A DNA stretch of 64,000 nucleotides from Paraspadella gotoi (taxonomy: Eukaryota; Animalia; Chaetognatha). Positions 53,401 through 64,000 of this stretch are shown in pieces. The notes below the pieces were generated by a model. The model ran no database searches and was not told where the DNA came from. It saw only the letters and a program-made list of their open reading frames with translations. Every line of letters starts with the position of its first letter. Positions within the stretch are counted from its first letter, which is position 1. The DNA is taken from positions 13,631,326 through 13,695,325 of the forward strand of contig CM119267.1 in the NCBI GenBank assembly GCA_051294375.1, in the 5' to 3' direction. Both the position numbers and the translations under genes were made by a program.

Positions 53401-56400
53401 CCCGTCAGGCGAGATAAAAGATACGGCAGTGATTTCTATTGAAGAATTCAGCAAAAAAACCACTTTTCAATATTAAATTTGAACTCTAAGGCCAAGTGGG
53501 CTGGTCTACGGATTAATTGAAATCTGCTGCTGCATTTTTTAATCAAGATCATTTTTACTACTTTTAATTAAAAAAATTATGTCCATTTTTGTCCATTTTG
53601 ACTTTTGTCTTGAGATTTGAACGCCAAGATGGTTGGAGAAAAAATTTTTACTCAGGCTTTCGGGTCCTTTCTTCCTTCTTTACCTCTGTGTCGGTTCATT
53701 TGCCGTTGGTCATCTATTGTTTGCCTATGAATCAACTTTTAAATTGACTGGTCAAAAACTCACGTTTTTAGTTTTTATTACAACTTGTTAAACAAAAATA
53801 GTTTGATTTACTGATAAATCTAAGCAAATATAAATATAAATCAACTGAGCTTCTGACACGTAAAAAAAATTGGGGCAAATAATTCAGTACTTTTGCTAAA
53901 AAAATATTTTAAGCCAACTTTTATTTTGTGAGGTTTTGTGAGTAGCATTTGATTTGAACTAAAACACTGTTTTTAACTCATTTTATAGTTTTAACAGATG
54001 AGAAACATTAAGGGTAACAAATTAAAAAAAAACCGCGTTCTTTTAATCCAATGGAAAGCGTCAGGGTGGTCGGACCACACAGCATGTGAAATTAATAGAG
54101 CCGGAAATACATTCTGTGATGTTTTTTTAATGTTTTGATTTGTTATAAGACTATTTATATTTCATTTTTAATCGACTTTGGGATTCTGCATGATCAGGAG
54201 ATCGGAATTTGATTCGTTCTTTTTTTTTCTTTTTTTAGTTTCAGTTTTCTGAGATTTTATTTAATAGTTCTTGATAGGGGAGGGTCTCTTGGGGTATAAC
54301 GGGATGCTGAGGTGTTCTGTTGAGTTTAGGCTGCTATTATTCTTGTAGATGAATGGAGCTTACCTGTAAGTCAGGGCAGAGGCTTATTTTTGATGGTTTA
54401 TTTGGGTTGTACTTTCATTATATATTTTTTTAGCTTATCTGGTGCGTATTATCGCGTAGTATTTGGGTTATTTTGGAATTAACACTTTTTTATCATAGCG
54501 GTAGTATTATGATTTTTATTTTGTATTCGGTCTATTTTTTTTTTAGGCTCTTATTATTTTATTTTATTTTATTTATTTAAGGTTGATATATTCGAGATTT
54601 ATTTTTTCCTTTTGACAGTTTTAATTGCAGGCCTGGGCGCTACTTTTATGTTAGGCTTTTGGTAGTTATATGTTCATTCATATTTGGGTTTTGTGGATTA
54701 TATTGTTAATATTTTATATACTTGGTTTATTATTGATTCTGAGTTGGATGATGTGTAATAGTATTATTATTGATTGATTATTTTGCGTGGATACATATGA
54801 TGCGATGATAGTCATTCAGTGATGCGATGATAGTATTCACGTGAGTGATTAGTATTCATGTCGAGTTTAGTGATGCGATGATAAGTTCATTACAAAGTGA
54901 TCATGATAGTAATATCCAGTATGCGATGATGTCATTCAGTGATCGCGATGATAGTCATTGTGCAGTAGATGACCCGATGCATAGTCTTCAGTGATGCCGG
55001 ATATCCATGTCCATTGTTTCCAGTGAATGCGCATGAGTTGTTGCGTGATTCATTCGAGTTGAATGAGTATCATCAGTTGATGACAACCCATCACATCACA
55101 TTGACGCGATACTACGTCATGTCACAAACACTACGATGTATGAGATAAGAGAAGAGAGAGAAAGAAGAGGGGGGGGGGGCGGTAGAAGCTGGACAGCCGC
55201 TGCAAGGGAACTCGTTTAACGCGTCAGAAGAACTGCGATTGCGAAAACACCAGAGAGGACGACATTAATTAGAGAGACAGAGGACTGGCAGCCCACTGCA
55301 GAGCTGAATCGTCTATATATATATAAGTTTGAAGAAATATGATCTACCCACGATTTCTCGAAAATATTGTTTTTAGGTCTTTCCAAATCACAACAACGAA
55401 ACAAGAGCAACGACGACGATGATGGCGACGAACGATAATGATACTGATGACATAATAAATTTATTGATTGATAATTAAATAAATAATAAATTGATTGATT
55501 TAATAATTATTGACTGAATAGTTAATATTTGATTAAATAAACATCTTGTATTTACATTTAATATAAAAAGAAAAATAACAATTAGTGAAACAAGTTTCAT
55601 TTCCACTCAGACGATTCATCGAAACTTGATTTCCAGCTTAATCACACACTTCCTACCCACATACAAAATTTCAATTCACTCCCCAATTCGCTGATTGGTA
55701 ATTGGCGTTCAATAGCGAAATAGATTTTTTTGTTTTTTTTCCATTTAAACTCATTTCCACTTGCACGATTCCCTCAAAATTTCATATCCAGTTCAATCAC
55801 ACACTTCCCTACCGTCACACAAAATTTATTCAATCCATCCATCAAATGACAAATAAGTGAGTTTTTTGCTAAGAGTGGACGGACAGACGGACATTTTGCA
55901 AAATTTATCATAATTCGATGTTCTGCACATGATATAAGTGAATTCCCGACAAGATGAGGGGCGGACCGACAAAGTGAATTATAGAGTGGGGATCGACTAA
56001 AAATTGTTTTGTAAACAATGAGTGTAGGAATATGAAACATGTGAATCTAAAAGATCTTGCTGATTAGAAGCAATATCTAATTTTTTTTTTTTCCCACTTG
56101 AGCTATTTTTAATGGTAAAACAGCGTGATGACGACTACGGTCAAAGAAGCAGAAACAAATTAAATCTCACCCAAGTCGGGCTTTCGCCGATCAGCGAGAT
56201 AAAAGATACGGCAGTTGATTTCTATGAAGAATTCAGCAAAAAAACCACTTTTCAATATTAAATTTGAACTCTAAGGCCAAGTGGGCTGGTCTACGGATTA
56301 ATTGAAATCTGCTGCCTGCATTTTTTATCAAGAATCAATATCATTTTTGCTACTTTTAATTAAAAAAATTATGTCCATTTTGTTCCATTTTGATTTTGTC

Positions 56401-58609
56401 TTGAGATTTGAACGCCAAGATGGTGGAGAAAAAATTTTTACTCAGGCTTTCGGGTCTTTCTTCTTCTTTACCTCTGTGTCGGTTCTTTGCCGTTGGTCAT
56501 CTATTGTTTGCCTATGAATCAACTTTAAATTGACTGGTCAAAACTCAGTTTTTTAGTTTTTATTACAACTTGTTAAACAAAAATAGTTTGATTTACTGAT
56601 AAATCTAAGCAAATATAAATATAAATCAACTGAGCTTCTGACACGTAAAAAAAATTGGGCAAATAATTCAGTACTTTTGCTAAAAAATATTTTAAGCCAA
56701 CTTTTATTTTGTGAGGTTTTTGTGAGTAGCATTTGATTTGAACTAAAACACTGTTTTTAACTCATTTTATAGTTTTAAACAGATGAGAAACATAAGGGTA
56801 AAAATTAAAAAAACCCGCGTTCTTTTAATCCAATGGAAAGCGTCAGGACTTGTTTTTTCTCAGAATCGACAGATTTTGCGAAAAAGATTTCCGCAAAAAT
56901 CTGTCGATTTTCTAAATCTGCTTGGCAACCAAACTTTGACTAAATCATCTACTACAGAAGATTTTTTTCTTACAATTCATTTTAAAGATTTTTTTGATTC
57001 AGTGTGATACAAATGCAAAAAATGAGTGAGAAGGAGNNNNNNNNNNNNNNNNNNNNNNNNNAAAAATATCAGAGGAGAGAGAGCATAGGTGAAAAAAAGA
57101 CGGGGAGAAACAGTGGAAAGAAATTATTATATGGAGAGAAGGTGGAGAACGATAATGATTACGAGAAAGGAAGAGATAAGAAAGAAAAGAGAAAAAGAAT
57201 CAGACAGGGAGAGAAACGCAGAGTGGTAGGGAAATAAAGGTAAAGGAAGAAAGGTAGGAGCGACACAGAGAATATGAAGGGAGAAAAGGAGGAGAATGTA
57301 AGAGAATGACCGAAATAGAGAAAGAGACAGAAAGTTCAAGAAAAAAAGAAAATAAGAAAAGGAGTGGAAAACAGGAAAAAAAAGTTTTGTCATATAGCGT
57401 GTCGTTTTTTTGCTCAAGTAGTATATCTAAAAAACACGATAGATCTTACGAGCAATTTAATCTCTAAAAGTTGGTCTTACCATAAAAATCGTTTTTAGTT
57501 TATTCCTAATTAAGGCTGATACCGTAAATAGAATGATTGTCGTAAAAGAAATCATATCTTATCGTATTTTGAAAGCATAAAAATTCACCCAGTGCGTTCT
57601 ATGTTATAAAGAGAAGATATCTAAATCCAACCGTTTTTTTAAATAAAAAGCGTTTCATATTTATCAGTGGGAAAAAAAGAATAGTTATTTAAGTTCCAAA
57701 TTCATTGTTGAAAATACCCGGATCAAAATCACTGCCATACGGATACGAAAAAAGTGATACGGATTTTTTAAGTTTTGAATAACTACCCTGTATATCAGTA
57801 ACGGTCCGAAAATTATTGACATGTTAGTGTTGCGTTGAAAAAAAAAAATTCATTCGTAAAGCTTACCTTTAAAAACTCTGAAACGCGGTCGACACGAACC
57901 AAAAATCTTTTGTATAGCTCCAACGCTTCTTTACATTGCTTTTTGTTCATATCAAAGTATTTTTCTAGCAAATTTATGATTCCATCATTGTAGCAGGCGA
58001 ATAGCCGAATGAGATCCTAAAAATTAATAATGATCAATTTTATTTTATTTTTTAGCTGGATCTGCTTACAGCAGATTCCGGCTCTATAATTCACTTTGTT
58101 GGTCCGCCCCCCAATCTCATATCATGTCAGAACATCGAATTATGATAAATTATGTAAACAAAATTATGTCCGTCCATCCCACCTTAGCAAAAAACACCAA
58201 TAACTTGTGATTTGAAGGACGGATTGGAATGAAATTTTGTGTGTGGGTAGTAAAGTGTAGTAAAATTTCTTAATTTAACATTAATAAAATTTTTAAAAGT
58301 GAGGAACAAATAAAATTATACTAATAAATATTTATGTATAAAAAAAATTTATAATAAATTTTACAATTTATGCAGTAAGCCATATTTATACTAGTACTAA
58401 TCCAATAAATGTTAAAATTTCAAAATATTTTTTTGTAAGATTTTTTGCAATTTGGATTCGAATTTGAAAAGTTGATATAAAGAAATATAACTCTTTTTAA
58501 AAACATCTTTTATTAATTTGATCAAATATTTAAAAACCTATAACTTATATAAATATTAAAATTTTAATTTTTAACCTACTTGAATGAACGAATTTTTAAA
58601 AATTATTTA

Positions 58610-58651
<42 letters not shown>

Positions 58652-61008
58652 TATTATTTCATTGATTTTAAAAATTTTAAAAATTAATTTTATATTGATC
58701 AGTTAAGAAATGCCTTGGCAATGAGTGGAGAAAGTTGGCTTGTTAAAATCGGGTTTCATTTTCTACTCACTTTTTTAGATTTAATTTTTCTTCTTACTTT
58801 CAGTAAGTTTTCCTGAAGAAATTTGAAATAAAATAATATTATTATCTTCTGAAAGCCCTTTCAAATCTAAAGAGAATGACATACTTGCAAAATACTGTAG
58901 TATCAATTTAAAAGCCGGCCCAGCTTAAATTAATTAAGATACTCAAAAACAAGAAATATCTTTCCAAAAATCAATAGCTGGAGGGTAAATTTAAGATTTT
59001 ATCAAATTGGTGATTGGCTATCTTAAATCTCCTTTTTTTCAGGCTCTTTAATGATACTTATAAAATAATAATATTTTATGTTATAAATAATTTAATCAGG
59101 TCATATATTTTAAAAAAGATTTGAAATTTTAGATATTAATTTTTGACTCTCTTAATTGAACAAGGCTGGGCAGCTTAATTTTTATGTTAGAGCTTTCGTT
59201 AATATCTCATTCTCTTTATTTTTTAAGGGCTTTCTGAGGATATTGATATTGTTAATATCTTAATAAATACTTTGTTTAAAAAGAGCTAAAGTTGAAAAAA
59301 AAAGAATTTAAAAACAGTGAGTTGGAAAAATGAAACCCCGATTTTACAAGCAAACTTTCTCCACTCATTGCCAAGGCATATCTTAACTGATCAATATAAA
59401 ATTTGAACACATAAATGACTTTAATATGTTCTACTCAACTAATTTTTTAAAATCAATGAAATAACACTGGTTTGCAAATGACAGCGTATTCTACCGGCGC
59501 TTGTAAAATTGTCACCATGTACTAGCGGTAGGCCGACCAAATTCAAATTTTAATGGGAACAGCATTTAACTAATACATTATTGGTATTAATTATTGTATT
59601 AAAATATTTTTTGCAAAAATGTTCCGAACCATGAGTATTCGCTAATTAATATTATTATATTGCTATATAATGTCAAAAAAATTTTTTGGATATTTTAAGT
59701 TTTTTTAATCGATTCTGATAGAGCTTAAAAGTTAAGAAAAAAATATAATTACAACTTTTTTAAATTTTGATGTTTTATTACTAAAAATTAGTAAAAACTG
59801 CTAAAATCATCGGATGATGATGATTTTTTTAAAGGTTTTTTCCAATTTTTACCAAGTTATCATCAAAATATTGAAAAAAGAATTATACTTTGTGTGGACA
59901 ACTTTTTATAAGCTATCCTAATCTGCTTTTAAAAATACAAAATAAAATATTAATTACTAATGCTTATAGCCATTTTAGAAAATTTTGGTCCATTGAAAAT
60001 TTTCTCAGAAATGTATTAAGTTTCATTTGGAAAGGTTCCCAAATCAAACTTCTGACCCACCCCATTAACAAAGTTTGGCTCTAATAGTACTATATATAAA
60101 TATAGCCTACTGCAAAAATTGAAAAACATAAAATTATATTTTTTTACAAATTAATGTTCACTGATGGTATGTTGTTCATAATTGACATTAAGATTTTTGT
60201 ATGTAACTTTCATACGCTTTAGTGGGTAGGAAAGTGTGTGATTGAGCTGGAAATCTAGTTTCGCTGGAATCGTCCGATTAAAAATTAGTTGAAATGGAAA
60301 AAAAAAAAAAGTTTATTTCACTATTTAAACGCCAATTACTCATTTGTACTCATGATTGACTTCAAATTTAGTATGTGGGTAGGAAATAGTGTCATTGAGC
60401 AGGAAATAAAGTTTCGATGGAATCGTCCAAGTAAAAATGAGTTAAAATGGAAAAAATTAACAATCAGTTTCACTATTTGATTATGCTTTTTTTATTTTAT
60501 ATTAAATGGAAATTCAAGCTGCATCAATTAATTATTAACAAATAAGTAATTAATTATTTGTAATTAATTAATTAATTTTGTGATCGAGATTGTTGTTTTG
60601 TGATTGAGAGGAGAGACAAAGTGGAAAACGATTTTGACACGAATGAAAAAAACTAATTAATTATCTGATCAGCTGCTTATCGCAGATCCGGCATTGTTTT
60701 CTCAAACTTGTTTATAAAATAGATTAATATTGTGGGTTCATATTACGAACCCACAAAAAATGAGCCACGAAACGAGCAAATGTGGGGAAAATAGCATAAA
60801 AGAAAATATGGGCATAATATTAATAAAAGCATAAACCAAACCTTGAAAAGAAGGAGAAAGGCGCCGTTGATAACGCCATTACGCAACTCGTCGGCAGTTA
60901 CTTCAAAATCAAGAAGGGCGTCCACTTGTGTTTGCAGAACTGGAAGTGTTTTCAACAATTTGTCAACTTCCATTTTTCTCATCATTCCTTCGTCTTTTCC
61001 GCGTTTAA
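18185..61008 (-). CDS. PICALM: PICALM/AP180 (SNAP91) ANTH-domain clathrin assembly protein, 5'-partial; exons 61008-60842, 58016-57867, 36371-36221, 26676-26558, 26387-26240, 26178-25990 (or 26005), 25926-25832, 23606-23411, 18698-18490, 18412-18185
   Basis: Spliced translation gives [19 protein letters not shown]...[41 protein letters not shown]...[58 protein letters not shown] motifs, [18 protein letters not shown]. All junctions are GT-AG with matching phases. Confidence 0.93.
19019..19219 (-). mobile_element. Solo LTR family 1, internally deleted in the tRNA-like part
   Basis: TG...CA termini, flanks aattat/tattat; twister motif at 19077-19152 with point mutations. Confidence 0.8.
21136..21168 (+). 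ncRNA. Degenerate hammerhead motif
   Basis: CTGATGA-a-ggctt-atacata-aagcc-GAAA-tgta; stem III lacks 2 nt; inverted tail at 21068-21125. Confidence 0.45.
21453..22104 (-). mobile_element. Two-LTR TRIM element, family 1
   Basis: Two direct LTR copies (~21453-21732, ~21921-22104) flank a ~190-bp non-coding interior; PPT gggaggggggatgta abuts the 3' LTR TG. The left end is garbled. Confidence 0.8.
22001..22072 (-). ncRNA. tRNA-derived 72-nt module within LTR (not a functional tRNA)
   Basis: Acceptor-like stem gcggcca/tggtcgt, T-arm ccggg-gttctag-cccgg, loop CTCCCAA, A-box-like tggtgccggagg; anticodon stem broken. Confidence 0.6.
22255..23015. mobile_element. Representative of the abundant non-autonomous repeat (DINE-1/Helentron-like)
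   Basis: Starts caagtttgagcaaacaatgccggatctgcccacg, contains a (GGAC/AGAC)n microsatellite and a short inverted ggatctgc. Copies or fragments at 1-1780, 1860-2980, 3705-3910, 12560-12800, 31978-33130, 41085-41750, 52404-53210, 55325-56000, 58055-58260. Class is inferred from the GTCY microsatellite only. Confidence 0.55.
24030..24785 (+). repeat. Degenerate TTAGGG-like tract followed by ~130-bp G-rich tandem repeat (x4)
   Basis: Recurrent ttagggtt; unit starts near 24293, 24430, 24557, 24683. Confidence 0.7.
24998..25060 (-). ncRNA. Putative type-P5 twister ribozyme (family 3)
   Basis: tatcttgt-aa-gagt-GA-TGG-aggcct-U^AA-acc-ACC-aaa-G-cctg-U-CCA-AA-GU-cagg-g-gcaagata. Predicted cleavage between 25035 and 25034. 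Confidence 0.8.
27236..27278 (+). ncRNA. Minimal hammerhead motif with imperfect stem I
   Basis: CTGATGA-a-agctt-acattg-aagct-GAAAC-AT-GTC; decayed inverted copy at ~27098-27135. Confidence 0.55.
30006..31549 (+). CDS. CHST11: Carbohydrate sulfotransferase (HNK-1/CHST8-14 family, CHST11-like), ~379 aa; exons 30006-30446 and 30851-31549
   Basis: Type II TM anchor [18 protein letters not shown]; the 5'-PSB motif YCYIPK|VACTNWKR is restored across a GT-AG phase-0 intron; 3'-PB motif [17 protein letters not shown]; [23 protein letters not shown]. Exact paralog uncertain. Confidence 0.9.
30469..30690 (+). mobile_element. Diverged solo LTR family 1 in the CHST intron
   Basis: Aligns with 7146-7377; twister motif at 30574-30649 carries core mutations. 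Confidence 0.75.
32672..34530. repeat. 19-bp satellite (aaacttgcatcattttttc), homogeneous at 32672-32856, degenerate at 33677-34530, with gaps
   Basis: About 9 perfect units; explains the 19-aa periodic ORF. Confidence 0.85.
35340..35776. repeat. ~430-bp fold-back with (GA)n/(TC)n tracts and hammerhead arm
   Basis: 35345-35415 is inverted at 35700-35770; 35460-35535 is inverted at 35567-35632. Confidence 0.8.
35688..35730 (+). ncRNA. Minimal type I hammerhead ribozyme motif
   Basis: acg-CTGATGA-a-ggctc-gaaataaaa-gagtc-GAAAC-AT-GTC-cgt; stem I acg/cgt; predicted cleavage after 35727. Confidence 0.75.
36800..36954 (-). pseudogene. Frameshifted duplicate of PICALM exon 36221-36371 (probably assembly artefact)
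   Basis: 36575-37055 repeats 36040-36480 with many small insertions, immediately after an N gap. Confidence 0.6.
37468..38313. mobile_element. MITE nested in the right TIR of another MITE (37044-38327)
   Basis: TA|caggggtgggac...gtcccacccctg|TA; the host TIR resumes as tgaaaccttct. Confidence 0.75.
39844..40044 (+). mobile_element. Family 3 dispersed repeat carrying twister motif (39931-39993)
   Basis: Its 3' ~130 bp recurs at 24945-25075 (-), 49405-49515, 54270-54420 and 63560-63740; this copy runs TG...CA. Confidence 0.7.
39931..39993 (+). ncRNA. Putative type-P5 twister ribozyme (family 3)
   Basis: Core identical to 24998-25060; predicted cleavage 39956/39957. Confidence 0.78.
43544..43683 (-). 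pseudogene. Indel-damaged duplicate of PICALM exon 57867-58016
   Basis: Same sequence with scattered 1-2 nt deletions, inside the ~7 kb duplicated block. Confidence 0.65.
44839..45450 (-). mobile_element. Two-LTR TRIM element, family 1 (indel-rich sequence)
   Basis: LTRs ~44839-45051 and 45235-45450; PBS-like ttggtgagccgac directly after the 5' LTR CA; empty site tagagc at ~59188 in the duplicate block. Confidence 0.8.
51286..51362. repeat. ~21-bp tandem repeat (tgggtttgcccattgaacta) x4
   Basis: Visible tandem units. Confidence 0.7.
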
Positions 61009-62259
61009 CTATGGGGACCGAAAAAAGCTGTTACATGCATTATTACTGATCCAGGTCATTGGTCAAAGATAATTAGGTGTTGTAATTCCACCTCAGATAA
61101 CACACTAAAGATGCTCCAATAGAAAAAATTAACAGATTATACTCACTACTCAGGACTAGCCTCCTATCTAATATTTATCTCTGATGAATACCTTTGCTTC
61201 AGTGTTCATTCAGTGACCAATTATAATTTTTAATAAAATAAGTTTAAATAAGTTATTTATTTGAAAAAATATATTTTAGGATTTCAATATTTTAATTTTG
61301 ATTACCTTGATTAAATTAAAGCTGGTTAGGCTTATTTTTATGTTACAATATTGTTAAATATATCATTCTCTTCAAATTTAAATGAGCTTTCAGAAGATAT
61401 TAACAATGATACCTTTTTATCTTTTCTTTAAAAAATATTCAAAAAGTGAGACAAAAAGATTGATACTAAAAAAATCAAATTTGAGAAAAGAAAATTAATT
61501 TATAAACAGAAACAAAAAGAAAAAAAAAAGAATAATAAATATAAAACGTTAAAATAACTTATTTTTGAGTTTAATTTAATTAATTAAGTCCGGAGAAACA
61601 TTATTGAAGGTACTTTTGTTGTTTAAACTTTTAGGGGCCGCGCATCAAGGCGAGCAGTTTCATCGAAATGGCGACCTCTCTAAACACTGTCAACATTCCC
61701 GAACAAAAAGACAAAGTGAAACTTGAATCAGACTGACGAAGTGAAGTAAAGACTAAGGTGAAGTAAAATGAGAAGTAAAGTAAAATAAAATATAATATAA
61801 TATATACATTGAAAAAAAATATTATTCTGATTGATATTTAGAATATTTAGGAAAAATCCACGAAAATCTCGGATGTAAATTTGGGAAAAAATGGCGATAA
61901 TAAAGGTTTTTAGAGGGAAAAAATTATTCAGAGGAGAGAGAGAGAGGAAGAGAGAGAGAGGAGAGAAATAAATCAAAAGACAGGCAGCAGAAAAGAGAGA
62001 AAAAGAAAGAGCCCCTGCAGAGCCAGCTGCAGATAAGAAATCAAAAAGCAGCAAGCAGATAGAGAAAAAGAATCCGCCCCTGCAGAACCAGCTGCAGACT
62101 CGTTTTTTTTTCCCCTTGTTATGTTTATGTTTATGAATCAGTGACGAGGGAAAAGAGAGAGGGAGAGAGACATGTAATTAAAAGAGAAAAGAGAGAGAAA
62201 AAAAATATGAAAATAAAAGAATAAAATTTGTTTGTTATGATAAAACGTAAACAAAACAT

Positions 62260-63175
62260 ATTTAATAACTTGTCCAGACTCAATTTAGCACATCGATGAT
62301 GAGAAGCTGTATATAATTTTCAGCTTCATACACCCAAATTTAATCATAAAAAAGGCGATCTATAGATTTGGACGACGCCGACGACAACGCCGACGACGCC
62401 ACTTATGAGCAAAAGCTTGCAATATAGTCGGCAAACACTAAGCGAATCTGGCGACAATAAAAATGTAAATTTTGCGCGCGCCCTTATTAATCCCAGTCTT
62501 GGACTAAAGAACATTGATATACAAACAATTTTTTAAAAAAATTTCTCAATTTTTGCATGCGCCCATATTTATACATAGTACTTACCATAGAAAATGTTAN
62601 NNNNNNNNNNNNNNNNNNNNNNNNACTAATTATTATAACCTAAAAATTAAATTTTAGTAATAGTTAAAAAAATAGTTTTAATTAAAATTTTTGCTATACT
62701 TTATTATTTTAATCAAAGACTTATTTTTTAATAATTTTATGAGGAATTCAAAATACTGGTTTTCCAGACATTATAATTTGAATGTATTTTAAACCATTTT
62801 CTGGATTGAGTACTAGTGGTATCTCACATTATAAGGGCGCCATGCCAAAATGAGAAATTTTTTTAAAAAATGTTTGTGACTCCAATGTTCTTTAGTCCAA
62901 GACTATTAATAAGTGCGGGCGCATATATAATTTATACGATTTTATTGTCGCAATCCCGCTTATGTGTCATGCGAACAGAGATGATTGAGAGGTATTGCTC
63001 ATGGGAAGTGGCGTCGTCGGCGTTGTCGTCGGCGTTCCAAATTATAGATCCTAGCAGGGGGGAGTTTTTATTTAAAATTTTTTTCGGAGAGAGATTATTG
63101 ATACAAACGATAGGGAACTCTTTTCCGCGCTTCAATGCAAAAATCAAGCCAAAATCGGTCCAGGCATTCAAAAGT
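62260..63175. repeat. Fold-back element with inverted arms
   Basis: gacgacgccgacgacaacgccgacgacgccactt is inverted at 63007-63040; agtcttggactaaagaacattg is inverted at 62883-62904. Confidence 0.65.
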
Positions 63176-64000
63176 TATCGCCCAATAAACGTCACCCAAA
63201 ATCCGCTTCCTCGCGTAATCAAGTCGCCCTATGTTAAGGATTTTCGATTTTGGTTCGCATAAAGGATTTGTACTAAACGAGACAGGGAGGTAAGCTGGAT
63301 TCCCCGGCCACCAGATTCAATAAAAGAAATCGAGCTTAGAAAATCGAAACTCGACGAAACGGGAAAAAGCTATGAATTTTGTAAACAAATATTTATGAGG
63401 GAGAAATAGGAATTTTTTTAATTTTTGAGATAAACAGGGACAAACGGATGATTTGGATTTTTTTATATTTTCAGAAAATAATTGGCAGGATAATGTACAA
63501 TGAACAATCAGTTTATACGAGAGAGAGAAATGAGTTATATGAGAGAACTATGAGAGAGCTCCTGTGATTTGAAATCTTGCAAGGTACCTACTAGGTTGAA
63601 TCATTGGATCACCTTGTTTAAGAGTGGATGGAGGCGCTTAAACCACTCAAACGCCTGTAAAGTCAGGGGCAAGATAGCTTACTCATTATTAAATGAATGG
63701 ATAATTCTTTTATAGGTTGTTCTGATTTACAATTTCTATTGATTAGGTTTATTATCCATTTAATATTTCAATATATATATATAGTAATTTTTTCTGCATA
63801 TGTCAATAAATCTTGGAACCAAAACCGAACTGGCTAGTGGATGGGCGAATTGGGTTCTCTCACATGCGGATACAACTTTAAATATAAACGAACAATGTCG
63901 TAATCCGTAAGCTTTACGATCTATGCCCGCAGTTATAATATTGCATATATAGAAAAGAGGTGTTTTATTATTTTTTAATGACCCGAGGTCGCCGCGTTCG

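Noticed and set aside
39640-60797. Tandem duplication of PICALM exons as mutually exclusive splicing or a true segmental duplication
   Set aside because: Extra copies differ almost only by scattered 1-nt indels and abut N gaps, typical of uncorrected long-read gap filling or a second haplotype; needs read depth to settle.

Overview
AT-rich, intron-rich, repeat-dense animal genomic DNA from a draft assembly, with N gaps and indel-riddled stretches that look like long-read gap fill. Four genes are supported: a PICALM/AP180 (ANTH) gene on the minus strand (9 exons, 18185-61008, 5' exons outside the window); a carbohydrate sulfotransferase (CHST11-like) nested antisense in one of its introns; FAM8A1; and, just downstream of it, a very divergent VDAC/porin-like gene. 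The main find is non-coding. Three different repeat families carry the same circularly permuted (type-P5) twister-ribozyme motif, with compensatory base changes across stems and both pseudoknots. In all three, stem P1 is replaced by a self-complementary 6-mer, which suggests dimer-dependent cleavage. One family is a miniature LTR retroelement (TG...CA LTRs, PBS, PPT, 6-bp TSD) whose LTR is a tRNA-derived module followed by the twister, i.e. a candidate animal 'twister retrozyme'. It is present in one copy of a duplicated region and absent from the other. Separate fold-back elements carry minimal Penelope-type hammerheads. All alignments and folds were done by eye; no searches were run.
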